Shown here piece by piece: positions 39,501 through 48,832 of a DNA stretch of 64,000 bases; position 1 is the stretch's first letter; every line of letters starts with the position of its first letter. The notes under the pieces were generated by a model. That model had not been told where the DNA came from, did no database searches, and worked only from the letters and a program-made list of their open reading frames with translations. The translations under genes and the position numbers were made by a program. Origin of the DNA: Bryobacteraceae bacterium (GTDB taxonomy: Bacteria; Acidobacteriota; Terriglobia; Bryobacterales; Bryobacteraceae); the NCBI GenBank assembly GCA_035546955.1, contig DASZVV010000251.1:18353-82352 (forward strand). Reading direction: 5' to 3'.

Positions 39501-39863
39501 GAACGTGAGGTAAAGAAAGAAAAAGCAGTACAGGACCGCGAGTTCTCCGCCGTTTTGAATGGGCCACCAACCGTTCTTCGCGTGCACGAGGAAATAAGCG
39601 GCCGCCATTTCCCCGCACAGGATGAACGCGACCGGGCGGGTGAATGCTCCCGTAATGATGAGGACGCTTCCCACGGTCTCGATGAGCCCGGCGATCCAGA
39701 ACATCGAGCCGGTGGGCGCCGCCGCACCATGGCCTCCCAGGCCGCCGAACAATCCCAGTAGCTTCTGAACCCCGTGGCTGAAAAAAAGAAATCCGGCGAC
39801 GATGCGCAGAAGCGCGAGAGCGTGCACGGACAGGGCGGATCCGACCGGCGTTGGACGTGACAT
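39453..39863 (-). CDS. DoxX-family membrane protein
   Basis: LLRIVAGFLFFSHGVQKLLGLFGG and the C-terminal GAGSPSIDSF are typical of DoxX. It overlaps the 3' end of the convergent kinase gene. Confidence 0.85.
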   Translation of the reverse strand: MSRPTPVGSALSVHALALLRIVAGFLFFSHGVQKLLGLFGGLGGHGAAAPTGSMFWIAGLIETVGSVLIITGAFTRPVAFILCGEMAAAYFLVHAKNGWWPIQNGGELAVLYCFFFLYLTFSGAGSPSIDSFRQRR

Positions 39864-39919
39864 GCAGCCAAGTTAGCACGTAGCGGGCGCCGTGCCGCAT
39901 TGCGATAAACTTTCTGGCG

Positions 39920-41143
39920 ATGCGCCGATTTCTGGTTGGTTTCCTTCTCGCTCTTCCGGCAGTCTGCCAGTCTCCCGTCCATACGGGCCTCGATCCGGAT
40001 CGCCTGAAGCAGATTCGGCCGCGGCTTCAGGATCTCGTGGATCACCATAAGATTCCGGGAGCGGTGGCGCTGGTGGCGCGGCATGGACACATAGGGCTGG
40101 TCGAAGCGGTGGGGTGGCGGGATGTGGAGCACCGGAAGCCGATGACAGCGGACTCCATCTTCCAGATTATGTCGATGACGAAGAATTTCACCGGCGTGGC
40201 GGCGATGATGCTGGTGGAGGAAGGGAAGCTCGAACTGCGGCGTCCGGTGGAGTTTTATTTGCCGGAGTTCAAGGGGCAGCTCCTGGTGGAGCAGTCTCCG
40301 GACGGAAACACCATCTCGCGCGCGCCGCGGACCCCGCCCGCGGTGTGGGAACTGATGTCGCACACCGCGGGCTTCGGCGGCGATCCCGGAGGAGATCTGA
40401 AGGACAATCCGCGGACCATGCGCGCCTCGCTTGCGGATGCGGTGCGCGAGTACGCGCACGAGCCTCTGCGGTTTGAACCCGGCACCAAGTGGTCCTACAG
40501 CAACATGGGGATTGCGGCGCTGGGGCGGATTATCGAAGTGGTGTCGGGCGAGGATTACGAGCATTTCATCCGCGCGCATATTCTCGATCCCCTCGGGATG
40601 AAGGACACTTTTTTCTTCGCGCGCGGCGACAAGGCCGACCGGAAGGACCGGATTGCGATGGTATACCGGCGCGAGAGCGGGAACCTGGTGAGAGCGGGAA
40701 GCGAGATTCTCGCGGGCGACCCGGCCAAATATCGCGAAGGAGCCAATTACCCAGCGCCGGAGTTTGGCCTTTATTCGACCGCCGGCGATTTGTTCCGGTT
40801 TTATCAGATGCTGCTAAACGGCGGGAAATGGAATGGGCGCCGCTATCTTTCGCGGCAAGGAATTGACACGATGACGCAAGTCTTCACGCCCGATGTCTCC
40901 CCGTCGGGATGGCTCGGCGGAACGGGGTACGGATTGACATTCGAGATCGTCAACCAGCCGAAGGGCACGCTGCTGCTGCATTCGATGGGTACGTTTGGAC
41001 ATGAAGGCGCATTCGGCACGGAGGGCTGGATCGATCCAAAGAATGACCTTGTCCGGATTCTGCTGACTCAGGTTTCGGGCGGAATCGACGGCGATGCGCG
41101 CTCGGTGGTGATGCAAATCGGCGAGGCGGCTGTCGAGCGCTGA
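39920..41143 (+). CDS. Serine hydrolase of the beta-lactamase / penicillin-binding (class C-like) family
   Basis: SxxK motif in FQIMSMTKNFTG, a YSN motif (WSYSNMG) and a C-terminal HEGAFG region. Confidence 0.88.
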   Translation: MRRFLVGFLLALPAVCQSPVHTGLDPDRLKQIRPRLQDLVDHHKIPGAVALVARHGHIGLVEAVGWRDVEHRKPMTADSIFQIMSMTKNFTGVAAMMLVEEGKLELRRPVEFYLPEFKGQLLVEQSPDGNTISRAPRTPPAVWELMSHTAGFGGDPGGDLKDNPRTMRASLADAVREYAHEPLRFEPGTKWSYSNMGIAALGRIIEVVSGEDYEHFIRAHILDPLGMKDTFFFARGDKADRKDRIAMVYRRESGNLVRAGSEILAGDPAKYREGANYPAPEFGLYSTAGDLFRFYQMLLNGGKWNGRRYLSRQGIDTMTQVFTPDVSPSGWLGGTGYGLTFEIVNQPKGTLLLHSMGTFGHEGAFGTEGWIDPKNDLVRILLTQVSGGIDGDARSVVMQIGEAAVER

Positions 41144-41193
41144 TCCGGGCGTGCGTTACCGTCCCGGCGGCGGCGCCGATCTATAATGGCCGA

Positions 41194-42870
41194 ATGCGCA
41201 GTACGCTCGTTCTCATTGCGGCGGTAGGCCTGGTCGCGATTCCCGCGGCGCCGCAGGAGCGCGTCGATTTGACGGTGGTGAACCGCATCCGCTCGGAAGA
41301 GTTCGATCAATCGAAGGTCATGGATACGATGGCGTGGCTGAGCGACCGCTACGGTCCGCGCCTTACTGCATCGCCGGAATTTCTGGAGGCCGCCAACTGG
41401 GCGATGGGCCGGCTGAAGGAGTACGGGCTGGAGAACGTGAAACTGGAGAAATGGGGACCGTTCGGACGCAGTTGGTCGCTGGAACAGGCTTCGGTGGAAA
41501 TGTTGGAGCCTCGGTATTCCGCGCTGACGGCCGCGCCGCTCGCCTGGACCGCGAACACCGCCGGACCCGTGACCGGCGAGGCGATCTTCGCGCCGCTCGA
41601 GCGCGGACGCACGTACAACTTCAAGAAGGCGGACGAGGACCTCGCCAAGTACGCGGAGAAGTGGAAGGGCAAGCTGAAGGGCAAGATCGTTCTCATCAGT
41701 ACGCCGATCGAGCTGAAGCCATGGACCGACCCGCCGTTCCGCCGGGATACCGATGCCGAACTCGCGGAGATTGCCAAGGCGCCGGAGCCGTTTTTAAAGA
41801 TGGACGTCGATCCCAGGAAACTGGAGGTTCCGGACGATCCCGAGGAAGCGCGCCGGTATCTCCGTAGCTTGCCGGACTGGGCGGTGGACCGGATATACGA
41901 ACGGCGCGATGAGTACCGGGCCAGGCGGAGCAAGTTTTTCGAGACGGAAGGCGTGGCGGCGATTCTGACGGCCGACGCCCGGGCGCACGGTGGATTGCTG
42001 TTTGCCGAGGCCGGCGGATCGTTTCACGCCAAAGATCCCCTTGCGCCGCCATCCTTCGTGGTTACCCGCGAACAATACGACCGTATGGTGCGGCTGCTTG
42101 AAAAGAAAGTCCCGGTGCGAGCGCGGGTGAATCTGAAGGCCAAAACTTCCGATCGGGATGTGGATTCCTACAACGTGATCGCCGAGATTCCCGGGACCAC
42201 GAAACCGGACGAAGTCGTGATGCTGGGCGCGCACTTCGACTCCTGGCATACCGCTACCGGGGCGACGGACAACGGTGCGGGCAGTGCTGTGATGATGGAG
42301 GTGATGCGCTTGCTCAAGACGCTCGATCTGAAAATGGATCGGACGGTCCGGCTGGCTTTATGGGGCGGGGAAGAGCAGGGGCTGTTCGGATCGAAGGCGT
42401 ACGTGAAGGAACATTTCGGCGATCCGAAGACCATGCATCTCACCGCAGCGCACGCGAAGCTGTCCGGTTATTTCAATCTCGACAACGGAACGGGAAAGAT
42501 CCGCGGCGTTTACTTGCAGGGAAACGACGCGATGCGTCCCATTTTTGAGAAATGGCTCGCTCCCTTCAAAGACTTGGGCGTGACCACGATCACGATTCGC
42601 AATACGGGAGGCACCGATCATCTTTCGTTCAACGCGGTGGGCCTGCCGGGATTTCAATTTGTGCAAGACCCGATGGACTATGGCACCATCACGCACCACT
42701 CCAGCATGGACACGCTGGATCATATTCAACCAGCCGATTTGATGCAGGCCTCGGCTGTCATCGCTTCCGTGGTTTATGACGCGGCCACGCGCCCGGACCT
42801 GCTGCCGCGTAAAGCACTGCCGAAGCCGGTTCCGGCCATGGAAGACGAAAAACCACAACCCTCTGAATAA
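41194..42870 (+). CDS. M28-family metallopeptidase with PA-like insert, secreted
   Basis: GAHFDSWHTATGATDNGAGSAVMMEV, LWGGEEQGLFGS and HHSSMDT metal-ligand blocks, plus a signal peptide. Confidence 0.9.
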   Translation: MRSTLVLIAAVGLVAIPAAPQERVDLTVVNRIRSEEFDQSKVMDTMAWLSDRYGPRLTASPEFLEAANWAMGRLKEYGLENVKLEKWGPFGRSWSLEQASVEMLEPRYSALTAAPLAWTANTAGPVTGEAIFAPLERGRTYNFKKADEDLAKYAEKWKGKLKGKIVLISTPIELKPWTDPPFRRDTDAELAEIAKAPEPFLKMDVDPRKLEVPDDPEEARRYLRSLPDWAVDRIYERRDEYRARRSKFFETEGVAAILTADARAHGGLLFAEAGGSFHAKDPLAPPSFVVTREQYDRMVRLLEKKVPVRARVNLKAKTSDRDVDSYNVIAEIPGTTKPDEVVMLGAHFDSWHTATGATDNGAGSAVMMEVMRLLKTLDLKMDRTVRLALWGGEEQGLFGSKAYVKEHFGDPKTMHLTAAHAKLSGYFNLDNGTGKIRGVYLQGNDAMRPIFEKWLAPFKDLGVTTITIRNTGGTDHLSFNAVGLPGFQFVQDPMDYGTITHHSSMDTLDHIQPADLMQASAVIASVVYDAATRPDLLPRKALPKPVPAMEDEKPQPSE

Positions 42871-42896
42871 CGACTCAAGGAGCTAATACACTCATC

Positions 42897-43856
42897 ATGA
42901 AAGTTGGCGTTTTCACCGCGCTGCTCGCGCAGCTTCCTCTCGATAAGGTGCTGGAGAAGCTGAGGTCGCTCAATATCGACACCGTCGAGCTTGGCACCAG
43001 CAACTTCCCCGGCGACCCGCACATCAAGCTTTCTCTGCTGGAGAGCGCGCGGGACCTGAAGGAGTTCAAATCCAAGCTGGATGGAGAGGGATTCCACATC
43101 AGCGCGCTTAGCTGTCATGGCAACCCGCTGCATCCGAACCCGGCCATCGGCAAGCTGCACGCGGAGAACAGCCGCAAGACGATTCGTCTGGCGGAGAAGC
43201 TGGGCGTGCCGGTGGTGATCGATTTTTCGGGCTGCCCCGGCGATAGCGACAACGCCAAGTATCCGAACTGGGTAACGTGCCCGTGGCCGCCGGATTACCT
43301 GGATGTGCTCGACTGGCAGTGGGAAAAGAAGGTCACTCCCTACTGGACCAAGCACGGCAAGTTCGCCGCGGATCACGGCGTGAAGATCGCGATTGAGATG
43401 CATCCCGGATTTGTCGCCTATAGTCCGGAGACCATGCTGCGGCTGCGCGCGATCGCCGGCAAGAACGTCGGCGTGAATTACGATCCGAGCCACATGTTCT
43501 GGCAGGGCATTGACCCGATCAAAGCGATTCGCGTGCTGGGCGATTCGATTTTCCACGTGCATGCGAAGGATACGCAAATCTACGATACGAACCTGCCGAA
43601 GACGGGCGTGCTCGATACGAAGAAATACACCGACGAGCGTAACCGGTCGTGGATCTTCCGCACGGTAGGCTATGGACACGCCTATGGCTGGTGGAAAGAA
43701 TTCATCTCCACGCTGCGGATGTACAACTACGACTACGTGCTGTCGATCGAGCACGAAGATTCGCTGATGTCTCCCGACGAAGGGCTCACGAAAGCGGCCA
43801 ATTTCTTGAACTCGATCGTGATTCGAGACAAGCCGGGCGCGGCCTGGTGGGTTTAG
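42897..43856 (+). CDS. Sugar phosphate isomerase/epimerase (xylose-isomerase-like TIM barrel)
   Basis: KIAIEMHPG, NYDPSHMFWQG, HVHAKD and LSIEHED metal-ligand pattern. AAGGAG Shine-Dalgarno. Confidence 0.85.
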   Translation: MKVGVFTALLAQLPLDKVLEKLRSLNIDTVELGTSNFPGDPHIKLSLLESARDLKEFKSKLDGEGFHISALSCHGNPLHPNPAIGKLHAENSRKTIRLAEKLGVPVVIDFSGCPGDSDNAKYPNWVTCPWPPDYLDVLDWQWEKKVTPYWTKHGKFAADHGVKIAIEMHPGFVAYSPETMLRLRAIAGKNVGVNYDPSHMFWQGIDPIKAIRVLGDSIFHVHAKDTQIYDTNLPKTGVLDTKKYTDERNRSWIFRTVGYGHAYGWWKEFISTLRMYNYDYVLSIEHEDSLMSPDEGLTKAANFLNSIVIRDKPGAAWWV

Positions 43857-43901
43857 TTTAGCGAGGCGGGGACGGCCAGTTGCTGTCCCCGCCGTGTCTG
43901 A

Positions 43902-44606
43902 ATGTCAGATCCGTTCGTTCCCTCCAATCCCTGGCTCGCCATACCCCTCGAAGACTATGAAGGGCATATGGGGCCGGCCGGCGTGCGGCAGTTGACCACC
44001 CTGGCGGAACTCTTCCGGTGTGCTCTGGAACACCCTCCACCAGAGAGCGTTGCCATTCTGGGCGTAGCCGGGGGGAACGGTCTCGAAGAGATCGACCAGG
44101 CGATCACAAAGAAGATCGTGGGCGTGGATATCAACCAGCGGTATCTGGATGAGGTTCGGCAGCGATTCGATACACTTCCCGGCCTCGAACTCCACTGCCG
44201 CGACCTCGCGAATCCGGACTTTCGTCTGGCCCCTGTGGCGTTGGTCCACGCGGCGTTGATCTTCGAACACGCCGGGCTGGGTGTTTCGCTGACCAATGCC
44301 CTTTCACTCGTCGCGCCCGGCGGCCGCTTGTCGGTCGTGCTGCAGCGGCCCAGCGAAGCTGAACCGGGCGTCGCGTCCACCAATTACGCCTCGATGCAGA
44401 CGCTCAAGAAGGACTTCGCGCTAATCGACCCTGGTGAGTTTCAACGCATACTGGAGCGGCAGGGATTCCAAATGGTTCGGCAGGAAAACAGAGCTCTGCC
44501 GATGGGGAAAGCCCTTTGGTGGGGAGTGTTCGCTCGCCGTAACGAATCAGGCGCGGTGCAGGCTGGCGTGAACCGTGGGAGTAATGATCAGCGAGAGCGG
44601 CAGTGA
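43902..44606 (+). CDS. Class I SAM-dependent methyltransferase
   Basis: VAILGVAGGNGLEEI (motif I), VGVDIN, and ALIFEHAG...APGGRLSVV. The 3' end overlaps the convergent RND gene. Confidence 0.75.
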   Translation: MSDPFVPSNPWLAIPLEDYEGHMGPAGVRQLTTLAELFRCALEHPPPESVAILGVAGGNGLEEIDQAITKKIVGVDINQRYLDEVRQRFDTLPGLELHCRDLANPDFRLAPVALVHAALIFEHAGLGVSLTNALSLVAPGGRLSVVLQRPSEAEPGVASTNYASMQTLKKDFALIDPGEFQRILERQGFQMVRQENRALPMGKALWWGVFARRNESGAVQAGVNRGSNDQRERQ

Positions 44607-47585
44607 CGCCAGCACTCCGCCGATCACCGCGATGGCCAGAGGTTGCAGCATTTGCGCACCTGCTCCGAAGCCGAGCGCCAGCGGAAGCATACCAGCCACT
44701 GTGGCCAGGGCGGTCATGAGGATAGGGCGCAACCGGCGCTCACCGGCGCGGATCATCGCTTCCATCGGCGCAGCGCCTTCGCGCCGGAATTTCCCGTCCG
44801 CGTCGATTAACAGAATGCCGTTCTTGGCGACAATGCCCACCACCATCACCAGCCCCATGAACGAGGAGATGTTGAAGGTGGCGCCAGTGAGAAATAACGC
44901 GAAAAATACGCCGGACGTGGAGAGCAAAGCCGAAGTGAGAATCGAAACCGGCGCCGAGAAGCTGCCGAATTCAAACAGCAGAACAGTGAAGACAAGCAGC
45001 ACGGCGAGAATCAGGACAAGAATCAAATCGCCGAAAGCTCGCTGCTGTTCCTGGTAGCCGCCGCCAAACTCAACGCGAATCGCCGGGGGGATGCCGAGCT
45101 TGGCCAGCGCTTGCTTCACGTTGGCGATCCCCGTGCCCAGGCTCACTCCCTCCAGCCGCCCGGTGACCCGGGCCACGCGCTGCAAATTCTCTCGAATGAC
45201 TTCATTCTGGCCGGGATCGTTCACCTGCGTGGCCACCGAGCCGAGTGTGATGGTGCGCCCGCTGGAGCTGGTCAGAATCGTGTTGCGAATATCGTCGAAA
45301 CTCGCGCGCGCCGCCTCCGGGAAGCGTACGCGAATGGTATAGGCGCGATCGCCAAGCACGACCGGCGTCGGAGCCGGCTCGCCCTGGAGCATCGCGGACG
45401 CGTCCAGCTCAATCTCCTCGGCGGTAAGGCCGGCCCGCGCGGCGGCTTCGGGGTCGACCTGAAATGTGACCGCGGGGCCGCTAATGGTATTTTCGATTCC
45501 ATCCAAAACGTCCACGACACCATGAACCTTCCGAATGGAGTCGCCTACCTTCGGGGCCCACTCGCGAAGGAGGCCCGCATCCTGTGCGAAGAGTTTAATC
45601 ACGATGGGCTCCGGGGCGCTGGTGAGGTCCCCGATCATGTCCTGAAGCAGTTGAACGAATTCGATATCGAGGGCCGGAACAGCCTCATTCACGCGATGCC
45701 GGACGTCGGCCATTATCTCGTCGACGCCCCGGCTGCGCCGGCGTTTCAGACGGACCGTGAAATCCCCGCGGTTCGCCTCGGTTACCGCGGCCAGCCCCAG
45801 CTCCAGTCCGGTACGCCGGGAGGTGGATTCCACTTCCGGAATGCGCCGCAGAATCGCTTCCACTTGATTGAGCATCCGGTTGGTTTCGTCGAGCGAGGTT
45901 CCGGCGGGCGAAAGATAGTCGAGAATAAAACCGCCCTCGTCCATGAACGGCAAAAGATCGGAGCCCGACGCACGGTAGCAGACGATGGAAAGACAGACGA
46001 CGCCGGCCATCGCCACGGCCGCGGACCAGCGGTGCTTCGGCACGGCGCGCAGCGCCCGTTCGTAGAACGCGAGAATGCGGCCCATGACGGGTTCCTTTCG
46101 CGCGGGGCGGCTGCCGCGGAGCAGAAAACGGCTCAAGGCTGGAGTCCAGGTGAGGGCCAGCGCAAGCGACGTAAGAAGCGCCATCGCCACCGTGACGGCG
46201 AGGGCGCGAAAGAATACTCCGGTAACGCCGTTGACGGCGATGAGGGGAATAAACACCACGATAGGCGTCACCGTGGACCCGACAATCGGCAGGGTGATTT
46301 CCTGAATAGCGCTGCGAATGGAGTCGCTGCGGGATTGCCCGCCTTCGCGATGGAGCACAATGTTCTCCACCACCACGATGGCGTCGTCAATCACCAGTCC
46401 GACGGCGGCGGCAAGGCCGCCCAGCGTCATGATGTTGAAGGTCTGGCCGAACGCGCGCAAAAAGAGGAAGGTCAGGGCGATGGTCGCCGGGATGACGAGA
46501 CCGGCCACGAGCGAACTTCCCCAGTCGCGCAGAAAGGCGACCATGATGAGCGACGCGAGAATAATGCCGATGACAATGGCGTCCCGCACGCTGGTGATCG
46601 AATCGCTGACGATGTCGGACTGGTCGTAGAAGGGAGCAATCTCGACCCCGGGCGGAAGAGAGGCGCGCAAGTTCGCAATTTCGGCGTGAACGGCGCGGCC
46701 GATTTCGAGTGTATTGCCGTCGGGCTGCCGTTTGATGTTGAGAAGGACGGCCGGGCGGCCATTCGCGGTGACCAGCGTGTAGACCGGCATCACCGACGGG
46801 CTCACCTGGGCAATGTCTCCGATCCGGACGGGCAATCCGGCGGCCGTCGTCTTCACGATCACGTTGGAAATCTGCTCCGGGGTGCGCGCCTGGCCGCTTA
46901 CCAGCGCCATGACGAGTTGATGGTTTTGTTGGAACAATCCCGGTGAATCGACGAGATTGCTCCGCCGCAGCGAGTCAAGAATATCGGGAATAGTCACTGA
47001 GGCGCGAAGCAGTTTCGCCGGCTCGGGCCGAACCTCGAATTCCGGCGTCTGCCCGCCTTGCACGATCACCGAGGCGACGCCGCGGAGCCGGTTCAGGCGT
47101 GGTTTCAAATCGTAGGTTGCGAGTTCCCAGAGCCGTGTCTGTGGGACGGTATTCGAAGTAAGGCTGTAGCCGGCGACGGGAAACGCGGCAAACGTCAGCC
47201 GGTTGGCGCTCAGCTTTACGGTAGGCGGGAGAGAGGACTGTACGCGTGCGAGCGCCGCATTGACCAGTTCCAACGTCCGGTACATATCGACGCGCCAATC
47301 AAAGAAGAGGTCGATTTCGGCTGACCCCCGGCTGGTGACCGATTGAACCAGATTCAAGCCCTGCACAGACCGAAGCGCGTCTTCCAGTGGGCGCGTAATC
47401 ACAACTTCCATCTGATCGATGGGCATGACGCCATTGTCGGCGCCGACAAGAATGCGGGGAAAATCGGTGGAAGGGAAGACGGCCACCGGTACTGAAAACG
47501 AGAAATATGAGCCGATCACGGCGAGCGCCACCACGACGAACAGAATCGACTTCGCGTGGCGTGTGGTCCAGTGCGGGCCGTTCAT
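44547..47585 (-). CDS. RND efflux transporter permease (AcrB/HAE-like)
   Basis: A 12-TM RND architecture. TM4 shows GLVIDDAIVVVEN (the DD proton-relay type of AcrB-like pumps, not the DFG..DGA..VEN heavy-metal type). Confidence 0.93.
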   Translation of the reverse strand: MNGPHWTTRHAKSILFVVVALAVIGSYFSFSVPVAVFPSTDFPRILVGADNGVMPIDQMEVVITRPLEDALRSVQGLNLVQSVTSRGSAEIDLFFDWRVDMYRTLELVNAALARVQSSLPPTVKLSANRLTFAAFPVAGYSLTSNTVPQTRLWELATYDLKPRLNRLRGVASVIVQGGQTPEFEVRPEPAKLLRASVTIPDILDSLRRSNLVDSPGLFQQNHQLVMALVSGQARTPEQISNVIVKTTAAGLPVRIGDIAQVSPSVMPVYTLVTANGRPAVLLNIKRQPDGNTLEIGRAVHAEIANLRASLPPGVEIAPFYDQSDIVSDSITSVRDAIVIGIILASLIMVAFLRDWGSSLVAGLVIPATIALTFLFLRAFGQTFNIMTLGGLAAAVGLVIDDAIVVVENIVLHREGGQSRSDSIRSAIQEITLPIVGSTVTPIVVFIPLIAVNGVTGVFFRALAVTVAMALLTSLALALTWTPALSRFLLRGSRPARKEPVMGRILAFYERALRAVPKHRWSAAVAMAGVVCLSIVCYRASGSDLLPFMDEGGFILDYLSPAGTSLDETNRMLNQVEAILRRIPEVESTSRRTGLELGLAAVTEANRGDFTVRLKRRRSRGVDEIMADVRHRVNEAVPALDIEFVQLLQDMIGDLTSAPEPIVIKLFAQDAGLLREWAPKVGDSIRKVHGVVDVLDGIENTISGPAVTFQVDPEAAARAGLTAEEIELDASAMLQGEPAPTPVVLGDRAYTIRVRFPEAARASFDDIRNTILTSSSGRTITLGSVATQVNDPGQNEVIRENLQRVARVTGRLEGVSLGTGIANVKQALAKLGIPPAIRVEFGGGYQEQQRAFGDLILVLILAVLLVFTVLLFEFGSFSAPVSILTSALLSTSGVFFALFLTGATFNISSFMGLVMVVGIVAKNGILLIDADGKFRREGAAPMEAMIRAGERRLRPILMTALATVAGMLPLALGFGAGAQMLQPLAIAVIGGVLASLPLSLIITPTVHASLHRA

Positions 47586-48829
47586 TCCTTGCCATCCGCC
47601 TTTGGAGCGTCCGCCGTGACCCGAATTTTGGCGCCATCCTCCAGCCCAACACCGCCTCGGGTGACTACCTGCTCACCCGGTTTGATGCCGCTGAGGATCT
47701 GAACTTCGCCGTTCGCGTGAATGCCGGTTTCTACCTGGCGTTCGTGCGCCACGCCGTCCGTGCCGGCCAGTAGAACGGTCAGTTCGCCCTCCTTCGAAGA
47801 GAGAAGCGCGCTTTCGGGAACCACCAGGGCATCGGGAACAGAGCCCGCCTGGAAGATCACGCGCACGTTCGCGCCGGGCTTGAGAAGCGAGCGCGGATTT
47901 GGGGCTTCCGCCCAAATCTCAACCGTAGTGCTGTTGGCATTCACCGCGGGACTGATCACCGTGACTTTGGCCGCGGAGGATCCTTCTGGTGAGAGAATTT
48001 CCGCGGGATCACCGATTTTTAGGTAAGAAGCCTGATCCTGCGTCAGGTTGACTTTGGCGATAACACTTGAAGTGTCCATCACCGTAATCAGGGCCGCACC
48101 GCCGGACGCCATTTCACCTTCATAGAGTGGGCGGTCGGCAACCACACCGGAGATCGGGCTGCGGATCTCGGAATAGGAAAGCTGTGCCTTGGCGGCGTTG
48201 TAGCGTGCCCGCGCGGCTTCCTGCTGCGCCTTGGCAGCCCGGATCTGCTCCTGCTGTCCGACGTTTTGTATGGTTTGGAGTTGTTTCAGCGCAATGTCGT
48301 ACTGGCTCTGAGCCTGCGTGAAGGCGACGTTCGCTTCGTCCACCTGGCGGCGCGCCAATGCGCCCTGTTTTAGGAGAGCCTGCCGGCTTTCGTAGAGTTT
48401 GCGCGCGGCATCCAGCGCTTCGCGGGCGGCATGAACATCGGATTGAGCCTTGGCGACTTCCTGCGGCAGAGACCCGGTGGCGGTGTTGCGGTAAGCCGAA
48501 TCGGCCTGTTCCACCAGGCTCTGGTTTTCACTGACCGCTGCTTCCAGGTCGCGGTTTTCGAGAACGGCCAGCAATTCCCCGCTTCGAACGCGATCGCCGC
48601 GATTGACGTAGAACTTCTTTACCGGAGCGCTGATTTTGGGGGCGATCGCGGCTTGGTCCTTCGGCCAAAGAATGCCGGAGCCGGCGATGGTGCGTGGAAT
48701 GGGCCGCTTCGTCGCAACGGCCACCTGAACGGGCGCCACCGGAACAGCGTCCTTCTCCTCCGGAGCGGAGCAGCCCGCGAGCAGAGCCGAGCATACGGCG
48801 GCGATCAAAAGCGAAGGGCGATGCGTCAT
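47582..48829 (-). CDS. RND efflux periplasmic adaptor (membrane fusion protein)
   Basis: Lipoprotein-like N-terminus (LLAGCS), a coiled-coil hairpin and beta-barrel regions. Its stop overlaps the RND start by 4 nt. Confidence 0.9.
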   Translation of the reverse strand: MTHRPSLLIAAVCSALLAGCSAPEEKDAVPVAPVQVAVATKRPIPRTIAGSGILWPKDQAAIAPKISAPVKKFYVNRGDRVRSGELLAVLENRDLEAAVSENQSLVEQADSAYRNTATGSLPQEVAKAQSDVHAAREALDAARKLYESRQALLKQGALARRQVDEANVAFTQAQSQYDIALKQLQTIQNVGQQEQIRAAKAQQEAARARYNAAKAQLSYSEIRSPISGVVADRPLYEGEMASGGAALITVMDTSSVIAKVNLTQDQASYLKIGDPAEILSPEGSSAAKVTVISPAVNANSTTVEIWAEAPNPRSLLKPGANVRVIFQAGSVPDALVVPESALLSSKEGELTVLLAGTDGVAHERQVETGIHANGEVQILSGIKPGEQVVTRGGVGLEDGAKIRVTADAPKADGKE

Positions 48830-48832
48830 GTC

